From Azolla caroliniana (taxonomy: Eukaryota > Plantae > Polypodiophyta): a stretch of DNA of 64,000 nucleotides. The stretch lies in the NCBI GenBank assembly GCA_043228905.1, contig JBHGNT010000003.1, positions 9,238,001 through 9,302,000 on the forward strand. The letters run 5' to 3'. Of this stretch, positions 37,113-51,200 are shown piece after piece. Positions within the stretch are counted from its first letter, which is position 1, and the number at the start of each line of letters is the position of its first letter. Below the pieces are notes generated by a model. The model did not search any database and was not told the DNA's origin. It worked only from the letters and a program-made list of their open reading frames with translations. Made by a program: the position numbers and the translations under genes.

Positions 37113-37617
37113 TGTTACCTCGTACGAGATGTACGGAGAGTGAAGTGTGATGAGCGAGGGTCGAATGTTATCATAATGTTGTGTATGTGTAGGGGGCATA
37201 AATGTAATTGTGAGTCGATACGTATGTGAACACATGCACACATGTGTGCATGTGGATGGATACGAGGAGGTATGAGTGAGTGTCCAGTATGAATGCTCTA
37301 GGGGGCTTACACCCCTTTGTATCTACCCCCTCTTGTACTATTTAACCCCCTTATGGGGAATGAATGAAAAATGAATCATTTCTCTCTATCTATCTCTCTT
37401 TTCATCTCTCTCTCTCTCTCTTCCCTCCCCTTAACGTTGAACCCCCTTGGGAGGGGGGTGGAGCCATTCTAGGCACCACCCCCCACCCCGCAATGCTTCT
37501 CAATGCACATGATCTCTCTTGCCATCAATCCCATACTCTCCATCATCATCATAACCACCATGTCTATCTTTATCATGATTATCATCGTCCTTAACCCTAG
37601 CCCTAAAACATACAACA
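37113..37617. repeat. Solo LTR inserted in gag of D
   Basis: TGTTACC...CAACA, perfect 5-bp TSD AGAAC; gag resumes after it. Confidence 0.88.
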
Positions 37618-40600
37618 AGAACAACTATCAACAAGATTTGTACACTTCGTCAAGGTGATCAACCAACTTCGACATATGCTGCCAATTTCCGTCTCATCGC
37701 AAGCGATATTCCTTGGAATGAGCAAGCCCTAATGGAGCAATTCCGTTCAGGCCTTCGTAGTGATGTCAAAGACTTACTTCTTACCTTCCCCGAGGATCCA
37801 AGGTCACTTACAGAAGCTATTAGTCGAGCAATACAGTGTGACAATCGCCTTTTTGAGCATCGATGTGAGCGACAACAACAAATAACAAGATCAAGATTCA
37901 CACCAACTTATGCATCAGTAACGGCACAATCATCCCCAAGGCAAATGTATAGCCCTGGTCCAACTCCAAGGCAAACACGTAGTCCAGTCCCAATGGATAG
38001 TCCTGCTCCCATGGAGATCCATATGACTCAACGACAAGGACCGTTGTCAAACGAAGAGAAGCAACGTCGTCGAGCAAACCATCTGTGCTTAGATTGCGGA
38101 GGTCCAGGACATATAGCCATTCATTGCTCCCGTAGGCCGAGACGTCAGGTAAATCAAATTCACTATGACAATAAAAATGAGTCCAACATTTTAGAAGTAG
38201 TTAGTGAATCTAATATTATGAATAATCCACCCTTGTCCAATAAATTTGAAGTCCTAAGCCAATTAGAAGAGGAGTCAAACGAATAAGTCCGGCCAAAATA
38301 GGAGCCATTTGGTTGGACAACCCTAGATATGTACAACCTAGTGTGGGTTCCATTTCTTCCAAGCATGTTAGTAGCGTCTTCTCAGCCCTAGTACAAGTTT
38401 TGTCAACTTCAAGTCCAAGCCCTCTTAGATACTAGAGCCAATTCTTGTTTCATGGATAGAGATTTTGCCCAAAAACACCAAATATCCTTGCATACACTTC
38501 CTTGTCCAGTGTCCGTAGTAGTGATTAATGGATGCCCCATAGCTTCCGGGAAGATATTTGAAGAGTTTGAGCCAATACACATACTCTTGGGTGATTTAGG
38601 ATGTGTAGTTTCCTTTAACATAATCCGTAGTCCTGAGCATCCAATTGTCCTCGATTTGCCATGGTTCGAGCTACACAACCCTAGAATCGATTGGAGGAAG
38701 CGAGAAATTAGGTGCCCTTTAGTAGAAAATATCATTGTCAAGGATTGAACTCGGGATTATTCTCCTAAAGTATATAGTTCTACCGATGCACCATATCCTT
38801 CTCATCAAATTTCAACCATCACATTGCAACAATTGCGCCAAGTGGGAGGCAAGGAGGACCTTTTCTTATTTGCAGTATCAGTGACACCTTCTAGTGTCAC
38901 TCAAGGGAATTCAGACATCCAAATTCCCAAAAAATATCAAGACTATGCTGATGTTTTCGACAAAGTCAAAGCTAGTGTTCTTCCAAAGCATCGCCCGTAC
39001 GACTGTCCTATTGATCTCCAACCAGGAAAAGAGCCACCGTGGGGTCCGATTTACAATTTATCACCCACTGAGCTTGAGGTTCTTTGAGAATACATCGAGG
39101 AAAATCTTGCACATGGGTTTATTCGACATTCAAAGTCTCCAGCTGGTGCTCCTATCTTTTTTGTGAAGAAAAAGGACGGCTCCCTCCGTTTGGTCGTGGA
39201 CTATCGAGGCTTAAATAAAGTCACCATAAGGAATAGGTATGCTTTACCTTTAATCTCCAATCTCTTCGAACGCATTGGTGGGGCAAAGCATTTTACCAAA
39301 ATTGATCTAAGGGGTGCATATAATCTTGTTCGAATTCGGCTGGGAGATGAGTGGAAAACAACATTTCGTACTCGGTATGGTCATTTCGAGTATACAGTCA
39401 TGCCTTTCGGGCTCACAAATGCACCTGTAGTATTCCAACATATGGCAAATGACATCTTCCGGGATTTCTTGGATATTTTTCTAATCATCTACCTAGATGA
39501 CCTATTGATTTACTCTAAAACACAGGGGGAGCATGATATACATGTGCGGCAAGTACTTGAACGCCTAAGGAAGTATGATCTTTATGCCAAACTTGAGAAA
39601 TGCAGTTTTGATTGCAAACAAGTTAAATTTTTGGGATACACTATTTCATCCCAGGGTGTTTTCATGGACCCGGCAAAAGTCCAAACAATATTGGAATGGA
39701 AACCCCGATGCTCAGTTCGGGATGTCCAGTGTTTCCTCGGATTTGCGAACTTCTATCGCAAATTCATACAATTATTCAAGCATTGTGTTGCCCCTTACTC
39801 AACTCACCAAGAAAAATCAAACATTTTTTGGGAGTATCGAAGCGGACAAGGCTTTTACGCAGCTGAAAGAGGCATTCACATGAGCACCCATCCTAGCACA
39901 TATTGATCCTGAAAAGCCATTTACTATATGAGGCGGATGCATCAGACTTTGCATTGGGGAGTATCCTATCACAACCAGGCGAGGACGGGCAGACACATCC
40001 AGTCGCGTTTCACTCGAGAAAATTTACTGTTTCGGAGATAAACTATGAGGTGCATGACAAGGAGTTACTAGCTGTGGTTGACTCATTCGAGCAATGGCGT
40101 CATTTTCTAGAAGGATCACCTCATCAGATTATCATTTATAGTGATCACAAAAATCTCACATATTTTGAAACAGGTCGAGTATTAAATAGACGACAAGCTC
40201 GGTGGGCCCAATTTCTAACGCGTTTCGATTTCAAGATCATTTTTTGCCCCGGAAAACAACAAGGGAAAGCGGATGCTTTGTCTCGGTGTTCGTATCTAGC
40301 ACTTCGACCTGGAGATCCAGCCTTTGACAATCAAAAGCAAACTCTCCTCGGGCCATCAAAGCTACAGGTAACAACAATTTATGCCACGCCACTTGATTCT
40401 ACCCTTCTTGACACTATTCGGCAACAACTTCATTCGGATGATTTTGCTAAGGATGTCTTAGCCCACTGTGGTTCAAGTCGTCCATCTTGCTCCACATTGC
40501 CAAGGTCATCTCAACATTATCAGGACTTCAAGTGGCAAGATGGCTTACTCTTCTACAAGAATCTCCTTTACGTCCCCGACGGATCACCCCGACTTCAAGT

Positions 40601-43600
40601 GTTGGAACATTGTCATGATGCTCCCATGGCTGGACATTTTGGTATTTCCAAGACCATTGAGCTGGTGAAACGTTCGTTTTGGTGGCCTCAGTTGCAAAAA
40701 TTTGTCGAAGATTATGTTTGCACTTGTGACACCTGTTGTCGCGCCAAAATACCCCGGCATCACCCTTATGACTTACTACAACCATTACCCCCTCCCAACA
40801 AGCCATGGCAGTCTATTTCTATGGATTTCATTACAGATCTGCCACCCTCCAAAGGCTTTGATACTATTTTAACAGTAGTGGATTGGTTCACCAAGATGGC
40901 ACATTTTGTACCATGTGTAAAGACCATCAATAGTGAAGAAATTGCAGATCTCGTTATGCGTGAAGTGTTTTGCCATCATGGTCTCCCGAATGATACTATT
41001 AGCGATCGAGGTCCTCAATTTATCTCACACTTTTGGAAGCACCTATGGGAAGGCCTCAAAATCTCTTGCAAACTCTCTTCGGCTTATTATCCACAAACTG
41101 ACGGACAAACAGAGCGCACAAATCAAACGCTCGAGCAATATCTTCGATGTTTCATTAGTTATCAACAAGATGATTGGAGTAATATTTTACATCTTGCCGA
41201 GTTTGCATACAACAACACGGTCCACTCTTCTAACAAAGTTACACCTTTCTTTGCCTACACCGGCAACCACCCTCGATGGTGTATACTGGATCTTCCCGAG
41301 GTGTCACGAAACCCTAGTGCGGCGCATCACCTCCACCGACTACAACAAATCCAGTTCAAGTTATCGTCACATCTTCAGAAAGCGCAAGCACGCCATCAGA
41401 CCAATGCAGATCAACATCGTCTTAAGTCTTCGTTTAAGGTTGGTGACCGTGTATGGTTGCTTCGTCGTCACATCAAGACTACCCGACCGTGTGCTAAGGT
41501 TGACTATCAACGCTTAGGTCCTTTTCTCATCACGATGCAGATTAATGATGCAACATTTCGTCTTAACCTTCCTGCACATATGCGGCTTCACCCTGTCTTT
41601 CATAGCTCTCTTTTGGAACCTTTCCGCACCTCTTTAATTCCTAATCGTGTCGTGCCACCACCGCCTTCTGTACAACTTGTGGACGGCTCCGAATACGAGG
41701 TAGCTGCTATTCTCGACTCTAAGATTGTGCGCAATAAGCTTTATTATCTAGTTGATTGGCTTGGCTATCCTCCGAGTGATTGCACTTGGGAACCCATCAA
41801 TAACGTTGGTAATGTTGAAGCTCTGGTCAACGACTTCCATGCAAGTTATTCGTAATGGTTGGTACATGCAAGACATTCTTAATACAAGTTTGGTTACCTT
41901 CTTTGTCAAATGGGACATTGCCGATGTGTCGAATCGGATGCAAAGTGTCGTCTCCGGTTTCAACATAGCCGGGTCGGTCCAGCTCTCGAAGTTCTCGGAA
42001 CCATTCTTGATGAGACATCATATGGTTCGAGGAACCGGAGTCGACGAACCATACGTCTTCCCGACTAGATGCACTATTCGAAGTAGAAGCCAACATAGAA
42101 TTTGCTCTATGTCTCATCACGAACATTCCGCCACGATCGTCATAGTCAGAGTTGGTGGCATAATTGGTGAGTTGTCGGCTAGTGGAAGCGGACTCGCGTA
42201 TCCTCTTATGGCACTCTTCTTCGTGGTGACCAATTTTTCCGCAATATCCGCATTCCACTGAGTTTTTTCGGCTCAGACCAGAATGGAAACTCCCCCTTCT
42301 TCCGAAGTTTCCTCGATGGCTTTCGTCTTGATCCCGAAATTGAGAGTTGTTTTCGTAAGTCGGGCCTCGTCCACCTTCGTCCTTGGCCGAATGGGCCTCT
42401 TCTTGCACGACCGCGTCCTCTTCCTACGTTCGAGTGTGAGTAAAGCATGTGGCCTATAGAGGCATTGCTCCTTGTTTGAACATGGTTTTCTTCGACTAAC
42501 AACATGGATTGAAAATCAAAGAAGGAGGGCGGATTCTCCCGTGCTAATACGGTGGTCCTCATCGCGCCGAACCGTGGTGCAAGGCCACAGAGACATATTT
42601 GCACCATCTCATAATCGTCCACATTGACACTTATCGAGCCGAGCGAGTCGCAAAGCTCCTTGATCATTATTGTGTAGCTGGTGATGGACATATCCCTTTA
42701 TTGGATATTGTTCAACTCTTGGCGGAGTTGAAGTTTTCTCGCAGTTGTGTTGGCGGCAAAAATCTTTCGTAGATTCTCCCACGCTTCCTTTGGCGTCTCG
42801 GCTTCTCGAATGCAGCCGAGCATGTGGTCATGAACACATGTTTCCAAGCAATACATCACTCGGCTTGCTGCTTGCTCCCATGTTGTGTAGTCGGCGTCTT
42901 TTGGGTCGGGTCGGTTTCTTGTGCTCCTTTGATATAGCCCCAATAGCCTTGGCCGACAAGGTATTGGTGCATCCTGTATTCCCAAGATGCAAAGTTGTTT
43001 TGATCTAGCTTATCGCTAGGGAGAGCGCTCCCCATTTGAGTATTCATTGTCAATGAAGATTTCTTCCTTCTTTTCTTTTCCATCTCTCTTGAATATGAGC
43101 TATGTAGTCGCACTACGATAGCAATGGACCGATTCTTCTCGAACGTCGACGTAGAACACAACACACACGTGGATGGGCTAGATCGAGCTACCAAACCGCT
43201 TTGATATCATGTAAAGACTCGGATATGATTCTTGTGTAGTGGAAGAGATGTGTGTTATGTGTGACAGAAAAGAGAGAAGAGAAGAGAAACACAAGACAGA
43301 TAAGCTAGAGAAATGAAATACTCAAGAAGAAGAAGATGTACATTCACAAGTAAAATAGCAAATACAAAATGTAGCATTACAAGGAGTCACAACCGACTTA
43401 GTACGAAGTATGAGGAGGGTGCTTTATATATAGTCACCCTCTCTCTTCATTAACTAACTACAAGAACCACTCTCTCGTGGGGAATGTGAAGACTCATAGT
43501 CATGGGGAATATGTAACTCATTAGTTATGTGTCATAGAATATGATTCTATTACACATAGTTAATGTGTAGAGAGTAGTGGTGTGACTCTTAACCTTTGAG

Positions 43601-44881
43601 TAATCATAGATTCCCAAAAGGTGTGTTCACATGTTGTAGTATGTTGAGCTTGATTCTCAACGGATACATTCGGATGTATGGGAACCGACACAAAATGTTA
43701 GTCTTGGCGGGAGCCGATATTTTGTCTCCTTCATCGACGACTACAATCGGCACATGTGGATCTATCTCATCGAGAAGAAAAGAAAAGTCATTGACTGTTT
43801 CCGGAACCTAAAAATTCTTGTCGAATGGGAAATAGAGAGAAAGATCAAGTGCTTGCGGTCGAATGGCGGAAAAGAATACTTTTCCAGCCAATTGAATAGT
43901 TATGTGCCACAGAAAGACATTCAGAGGGAATTCAGTTGTAGATACATACCATAACAAAATGGTGTGGCCGAAAGAAAGAACTGGTCAATTGTGGAGGCAG
44001 TACGGGTAATGCTGGAAGGGAAGAGCATGCCCAAGTTCTACTGGGCCGAAGCGGTCCGGATGGCCGTCTACATCCAAAACTAGATCGGGGAGAAGGTGTT
44101 AGCACATGAGCTGTATTTCGAGCGGAAGCCGAATTTGAGGCACCTTCGGATATTCTGTAGCATATGTACATGTGCTGGATGAGAAATGGAGAAAGTTGGA
44201 CCCTAAGTCGGAGAAGTGCATTTTGGTCAACTAGTCACATGAGCAGAAGGGGTATAAGTGCTACAACCCCCAGACCAAGCAAGTACGAGTAAGCTGAGAT
44301 GTCGAATTTGGCGAGTCGGCATCTTGGTACTCTCTATTGACTCCAACATCTAACTCCGACCCGATTCCGGAAGATGAGGGCAGTGAGCCCGAAACGATCC
44401 ACGTAGAAGATGAGGAAGGATTTGGTACTCTGGATGAGAGTCCGATGTCATTCTGGCTAAGTGGGCCAAATGGGAGATTGGGTTGGAATGACTAGTCAGA
44501 TGAAGAGCCGGCGAGTAGTGGAGACTCGGCCTTGCTCTCCCCGCTCAAGGAACCGATGAGAAGGTTCACACGCAAAGAGAAGGGGAAGAAGAAGATGTTG
44601 GAGTACGACACCGACAAAGAAGAGTTGGATCGGAGCGAATCCGACTCTGGAAAGAATGAGGACGGACCTTCTGGAATGAAATCTGAGCCGGCCAAGAGGG
44701 CCCTGAAATCGGCTAACGAGAAGTTACGCTAATCGACCCGGTAGAAGAACCCTATCAAACGGTATGGGTATAATGAGTACATGGCACATGTTAAGAACAG
44801 TACTAAGACAGAGAAGGAATTAGACCTAAAAGATGCGAATTAGTACTAAGAGAGAGAGAAGGGTGTAGAACTCACGAGAGA

Positions 44882-44934
<53 letters not shown>

Positions 44935-46736
44935 TAGAGAGAGAGAGAATGATGATAACAAAAGATATATTATATTATATGAAGAGTAAGTACAAGAATA
45001 GCTATGAGGCTTAAGACTGGCGTTGAACCGATCTGGTTTGAAATAATGCCTTGTGCCTCCTTTTATAATGTTTTCAGGAGAACTCCTGAAGTTTCTAGAA
45101 TGTTTCAGAGAAATTTGGAAATATACATCGATTTTATATAGTGAAATAATAAGTGAAAATAATATTTTTTGTATTACAATATATAGTTTAATGGCAAGGG
45201 ATTGACTCATGTAACATAAGGTCATGGGTTCGAATCTTGTCATATCATAACATTATCCCCCCTTTAAAACGACAAGTGTTACGAGTCGTTTTGGATTGAG
45301 GACCCAGTTTGTCTGGATATTGACGATGGAAGTCTTCAAGAAGAGCATGGGCATTGATCACATTCTCTATTGGTTACCAAATACGCTTGTTAGGGCTATA
45401 TCCTAGCCAATCGACCAAATAGTAGAGCTTATTGCGAACAATCTTGGAATCATGGATGGTGGCAACCTCGTACTATGGTCCATCTTCAAGTTCGATCGGA
45501 GGTGGTTTGATACGACTTGGGATAGTACTATCGTGATAGGGTTCTAGAAGAGAACTATGAAATACTGGATGTATCCGTAGTTGTGGAGGTAGATCAAGAC
45601 GAAAAATGACATCATTAATTTTTCCGATAATACGAAAAGGACCCAATCGCCGATAATCCAATTTATCGCATTGGCGAGTAGTCTTGATGTGTCGTCGTAA
45701 TAGTCATACCCGATCTCCAATGTTAAAACTTGATGGAAGCCGATGAAGATCCGCATAATCCTTGTGTGTTTGTTCAGCTTGTTGTAAATGAGTAGATAAA
45801 TCCGAATGTATCTTGCGTAACCACTCCAAACGATACTCTGTAGAAGGATTTGTGGGTAACTTTGGAGTTTCGAATACACACCATCAGGGATGATAGCCCG
45901 TATAAGCATAAAATGGTGTAGCCTTAGTCGATGAGTGGATGAAGTTATTATATGCAAATTCGGCGAGCTGGAGAATATCCGCCCAGTCATCTTGGTGATA
46001 GCTTAGATAATACTGAAGATATTGTTCCAACGTTTGATTTGTTCATTCTGCTTGTCCGTCTGTTTGTGCGTGGTAGCCGGAGGAGAGGTTACAAGTGACC
46101 TTGAGCATTTTGAGGAGGTGCTTCCAGAATTTCGAGACAAACAGAGGTCCATGGTTGTTGATGATACTATCAAGGAGGCCATGATGCTGACATATCTCAC
46201 GCATGACAGTTTCGGCGGTTTCTTCACTAGTGATTTCCTTAGTATATGGCAGGAAAAGGTCCATCTTCGTATATGGATCTACTACTATTAAGATCGCATC
46301 GAATCCCTTAGAATCTGGAAGATTTGTGATGAAATCTAGAGCAATGGATTGCCACGACTTGCTTGAAATTGGTAATAGTTCCAATAAACCATATGGATGA
46401 TGTCTTGGCATGTCCGAACATGTATCACATGTCCGAACATAATCTTCGACAAATCGTCGCATATGGGGCCACCAGAATGATCGTTGTACTAAATCTAATG
46501 TTTAAGTACTACCAAAATGCCCAGTTGTATATGTGTCATGACAATTTTGGACTGCTCGAAGTCGACAAGAACCATTAGGAACATACAAGAGCTTCTTAAA
46601 GGATAGCAATCCATCATGATATTCAAATTGTCGATAATCAGTACCTGGTTGTTGCGACTGTGAACAAGATGCCCGAGAGGGGTCAAATTGTGCTAGAATG
46701 GCTTGAGCGAAAGCATCTGTCTTCAAGTCCTCACGT

Positions 46737-47382
46737 TGTCGTGAAGAAACCATCCCTAGGAGGAATCAGTGAATAGTGTGCGTGAACCGGCCCTTACACG
46801 CGGGCACATGTTTTGATGTATTGTACATAGTTAGGTACAGGTTGGCGATGTGAATATCCTAGGTAGAGCGTATGCATTAGGTAGGGAATTGAGGAGTATC
46901 TCTATCCAAAAGGACAGAGAATAAAAGTGATGTAACAGACTGTAACGTCTCTCTCTCCTTGGGCTATAAAAGGAGACGAAAGGGGACTGAGTGGGGATCG
47001 TGTTGTCGAGGACGAAGTGCTGTCGGACTAGGACCGAGCTCTTCTCCTCCATCTTTCATCGTTCTCTGTAGGTTTTGGGAGGCTACCTCTGCTTCGTGGA
47101 AAGCTGAGTGCTTTTGGCAGAGGCTCCATCTTGCGTTGTCCGTGTGCGTTGTGTGAGTTGGTGTCAGCACATTGACGCTTACCGGCTAGCCGGCTGTAAT
47201 CTTGATCATAAGTATATATTTGCCTTATTCATTCTTCGATATTCGTTGTGAGTTCTCTGTGTATTTGTGCACGTGGCTCGACCGTGGTTTCGTGTCGCTC
47301 TTCCCTCCGTTCGGTTATTCCCCAGTTCAGGGCCCCCGCGGTCCCGCCTTGGTTTCTCCTGCGTGTGCAGAATAACACGACA
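46737..47382 (+). repeat. Solo LTR of tRNA-Trp gypsy lineage (related to element H 5' LTR)
   Basis: TGTCGTGAAG...CACGACA, 4-bp flanks ACGT/ATGT; shares GAGGACGAAGTGCTG..ACCGAGCTCTT with 4620-4650. Confidence 0.85.
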
Positions 47383-48236
47383 ATGTATGGCATCGATAAT
47401 GTGGGAATCTGATGACATATTGAAAACCCGCGTTGCTTGCAGTCGTGCCGGTCCGAGGATTACTTGATTTTGGTTATCGAAGGCTGGCTCACCGGGACAC
47501 GGTGGTAAATACGAGCGCCGCCATAATGCATCTGCCTTCCCTTGCTGCTTCCCAGGACGATATGTAATTTTGAAGTCGAAACGAGTGCGGAATTGGGCCC
47601 ACCAAGTTTGATGTCAATTTAATACACGAGCATTCTGGAAGTAGGCAAGATTTTTGTGATCACTGAATACGGTGACTTGATGAGAAGATCCCTCCAGAAA
47701 ATGTCTCCATTGCGTAAAAGAGTCCACTATTGCTAATAGCTCCTTATCGTGAAGTGTTACCGGCCGGCAAAGGAGTCCAGACTGTGAAACGGGGAGTTAT
47801 TTAATTAGTAGGAATGGTTGTAAGTAAGCTATGAGTGTGGACGGACGGACCGGAATCGGTATGCCGTGATCCGGACCGATCCCGAATAGGTGCGGATGGC
47901 ACCGTTTTGTAATACAGACCGGAAACCTATTTAAAGACCCGGATACAATGTAATGAACAATGGTCAATTAATAAAGCTTAGTGTTGTTATCTCTCTTTGT
48001 TAATTGCCGTTCTGCATTCATTGTTATATCTTACGCGTGTGATTATTAAAGACGATCATGCTAAGTAACCTAATTAAGTCGGATTAATCGTTGAGTCTAA
48101 TCTTGTTGCCGTAACACCCCTTTGGTGAAGTGTCTTCCATAGACACCCTGTGTTAGGCCATTGTCAGGCCCTAAGAGTTAACACAGTTTTTGGTGATCAC
48201 GATTCCTGTTTTTGCAGCGAACGACGACACGAATGG

Positions 48237-51200
48237 ATGACTAGATCAACGCACGACCTGGTCACAGATCGAACTCGACGCCTTGCCGAAAGGCAAAGGA
48301 GACGTGAGGCTTTCCAGCAAGCGGCGTAGGAAATTAGAGTGGATCGCTTGTTTTCCAACGTAATCCAGAGAGTAGCGGAGGACTCCCTCTGGTTGCAGCA
48401 AACATCGCACCCGAACGACGGCAGCAGCCTAAGCAGCCTCCGGGAAACCGAATCCCTTCTCAAGGCGTTGGCAAACGGAGAAGGCGAAGCAAAAGCCTTT
48501 TCAGCGTATGAATCGGATTCTGAAGGGGAATACAGTGTGCACATGAACTACCATAGCAGCAATGAAACCCCGGGCGGACCGGAGGACGAAGGATCGGACA
48601 CCTTACCGACACCGGAACCGGAATTACTAAGGCTGAAGCCTCCGGAACCAGCAGGCGAAGAGCGACCTCCGACACCGGAAGTCGAGGAGGAGAGGCCTCC
48701 GTCACCAAAAGAAGAAGAAAGACCACCGACGCCTGAGAAAATCCAGGAACAACCACCAACACTGCCAGCCCGCGCACCGATACCGGACGACGACATGTCG
48801 TTCCAGTACTCCAAGTATAGAGATGATCCGGACGCGGAAGCTCATGTGCATGCCTTTGAACAGACATGGGAAGCCAGCCATGTGTCCCAGCGATTGACCC
48901 CGGAAGAAGAGGAACGCTCTAAGATAACGGAATTTGGCGTCACATTGGAGGGACCGGTAGCAAGATGGCGCCGGACGCAAGACCTGTCTACCATTACCAC
49001 CTTTGCAGATTTAAAAGCTAAATTCTTGCATTTTTTCCAAAAGGAGGTGGATCAGACCGTAATGGTGGGCTTATTTTATACCATCCGACAGGAGGCAAGG
49101 GAGAGCATTCCCTAGTTTGTCATCCGGTTTCAACGGATGCATAGTCAGCTTGCTTGCATAGCCCCGAAGGAGGAATTACGGACTATATTCCTAAATGCGC
49201 TCCGTGAACCCCTACGCACGGTTTGCACGGTAATTGACTTCCGCACAAGTACCATCGACCAGGTCATTGACCGGGTGAGAGAGATGGAAAAGACAAGCTC
49301 CTGGCTCACACTGGGAGCACTCCAATGGGCGTTACCGTCCGATGAAGACCTCCGGTTTCGGCAAGCAATACAGTGCACAATCTGCTTGAATTCCGGACAC
49401 TTGGTTCTAGAATGCACTATGAGGACGCAATGTGTAATCTGTCAATCCAAGGGCCATACGACGGATAGGTGCGAGTATAATCTATTGAACCGGCAAGCAC
49501 TGCCCATCCGACAAATAGAGCCACGCAGCAGCCGGGATGAAGAAGAGGAACGCTGGTGGCGAATGGAACGTGACCGACCGACACAGGATGTCTGGTATGG
49601 CGATCGACGGGAGAATGATGTTCGGTATGGTGATCGGCGGGATAACTATGACCGGCATGATAGATATGATCGGTACCGGGATTACAATAGACGATACGAA
49701 CATTACGACCGGGAGCACTCCCCCGGGTATCGTCAGCAACGGGAGGAATACGGCAGATATAACGAGCAACCTCGTCAAGAGTACCGCAGATATACCCACG
49801 GGATCCGGAACAAGGAGCTTCAAGCAGCCAACCGGCCCAAAACCCCGCGCTTACCACAGGACCTGCCTCGGGTACAACAGACAATGCCGAATCCAGCAAT
49901 ACCCGGAAAGCCTACTGCTACTACTGCCGACAGGAAGGCCATTATAGTAATCAATGCCCGGTGAAGAGCTATGAAAAACGACTGGCGGTAAATATGGTAG
50001 TCCTTGAGGTGGCAGATCTGCAGCAGGTGACCACAAGGTCGAAGGGCATGGCCAAGGAATGGGAGACGCAGGAGACCATCCGGAAGCAAGCGACGGAATG
50101 GGTGAAGAAAGCAAACGAGCAGAATGTCACAGACTTACAACGGCAAAAGGAGAACACCGTAGGGCTTGCCGGCGGCAGTCACTCCGAGAACGAGACATGG
50201 TAGGCGTTGCAAGAATGCCAGATTACACTACCACTAGGAAGACTCCTACAACTCGTGCCAAGATTCACGGAAGGACTGAAGATGGCCATGACGGTAGGAG
50301 AATCATCATCGGCACCGGTACTCTTCTCGAATCCGGAGGAGGGACCAACGGTGGTGGACACCAACAGTCCGGTAATCACTGCCATTGTAAAAGGGAAAGA
50401 ACTCCCCGGCACAGTTATAGACGGAGGCTCCGGGGTGAATGTAATAAGTCTCCGGACGTGTGATGCCCTTGGAATCCACGAGTGGGAGCCGTGTCCGTTC
50501 TGGTTACGGATGGCCGATACAAGCTCAGTGTGGCCGACAGGATTAATACGGAAATTAGAAGTCACTATGGGCGGTCATACATTTCACATCTCGGCAATAG
50601 TGCTACAATTACAGGCACAAGGCGCATACCCACTATTGCTAGGGCGGCCGTGGTTGAAAACAACACATATCAAACAGAATTGGAGGAAAAATATAATTAC
50701 CTTCCAGCGAGGAAAAGCCAAGGTACGGGTACCAACACAGCCAAGGACGAGCATTGGCAAGGAATGTACACCATTGTATGCAGAGTGCGTCAACATGGTA
50801 GAAGGGTTAGCTGACGAAGAAGAAGCTCAGTACTTGCAGGAAAACCCGAAGATCATACCCCTCTTCGAAATTGACATTGCCGAAGCAGTAGCACCATACT
50901 TACCGCAACCGGAAGAGGCTGAAGCAGAACTGGATAAAGACGCAATCCGGAAGTTACGGCAAGCGCAGGAAGCGTTGGAACGGGAAATGGCCATTTCACA
51001 GCGCGTAAAAGCGTTGCAACTGGAAGAGGTGAACCTAGGGACCACGAACGAAGCAAAACCGGTGCACATCGCCAAGGAGATGAAGTCCGAAGACAAAACG
51101 ACAATGATCACACTTCTCACGGAATTTCGCAATGTGTTCGCCTGGTCATACGAAGACATGCGAGGACTCGACCCTCAGTTATACCAGCATCAGGTTCACT

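Larger units (their letters stand above)
36233..41842 (+). mobile_element. Tcn1-like chromovirus D, 3'-truncated, degenerate
   Basis: 5' LTR 36233-36539, gag PAKFDGSR with CCHC, RT YLDD, RH, IN, chromodomain EYEVAAILDSK..YLVDWLGY...TWEP (~41691-41800). No 3' LTR; junction also deletes ~60 bp of copia-B. Confidence 0.92.
22602..43662 (-). mobile_element. Ty1/copia element B, complete but split by gypsy C and chromovirus D
   Basis: 453-bp LTR pair 22602-23249 (plus 195-bp insert) / 43210-43662; degenerate iMet PBS 43197-43209; PPT GAGGGGGCG; gag/PR 41843-43050, pre-IN 35689-36232, IN/RT (LYVDD)/RH 23250-25834; GATAC on both flanks. Confidence 0.92.

Noticed and set aside
44885-44948. (GA)n, (GAA)n, (AAAT)n and (CAA)n microsatellites and their low-complexity ORFs
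   Set aside because: Simple repeats within LTRs or TE bodies; the ORFs are artefacts.
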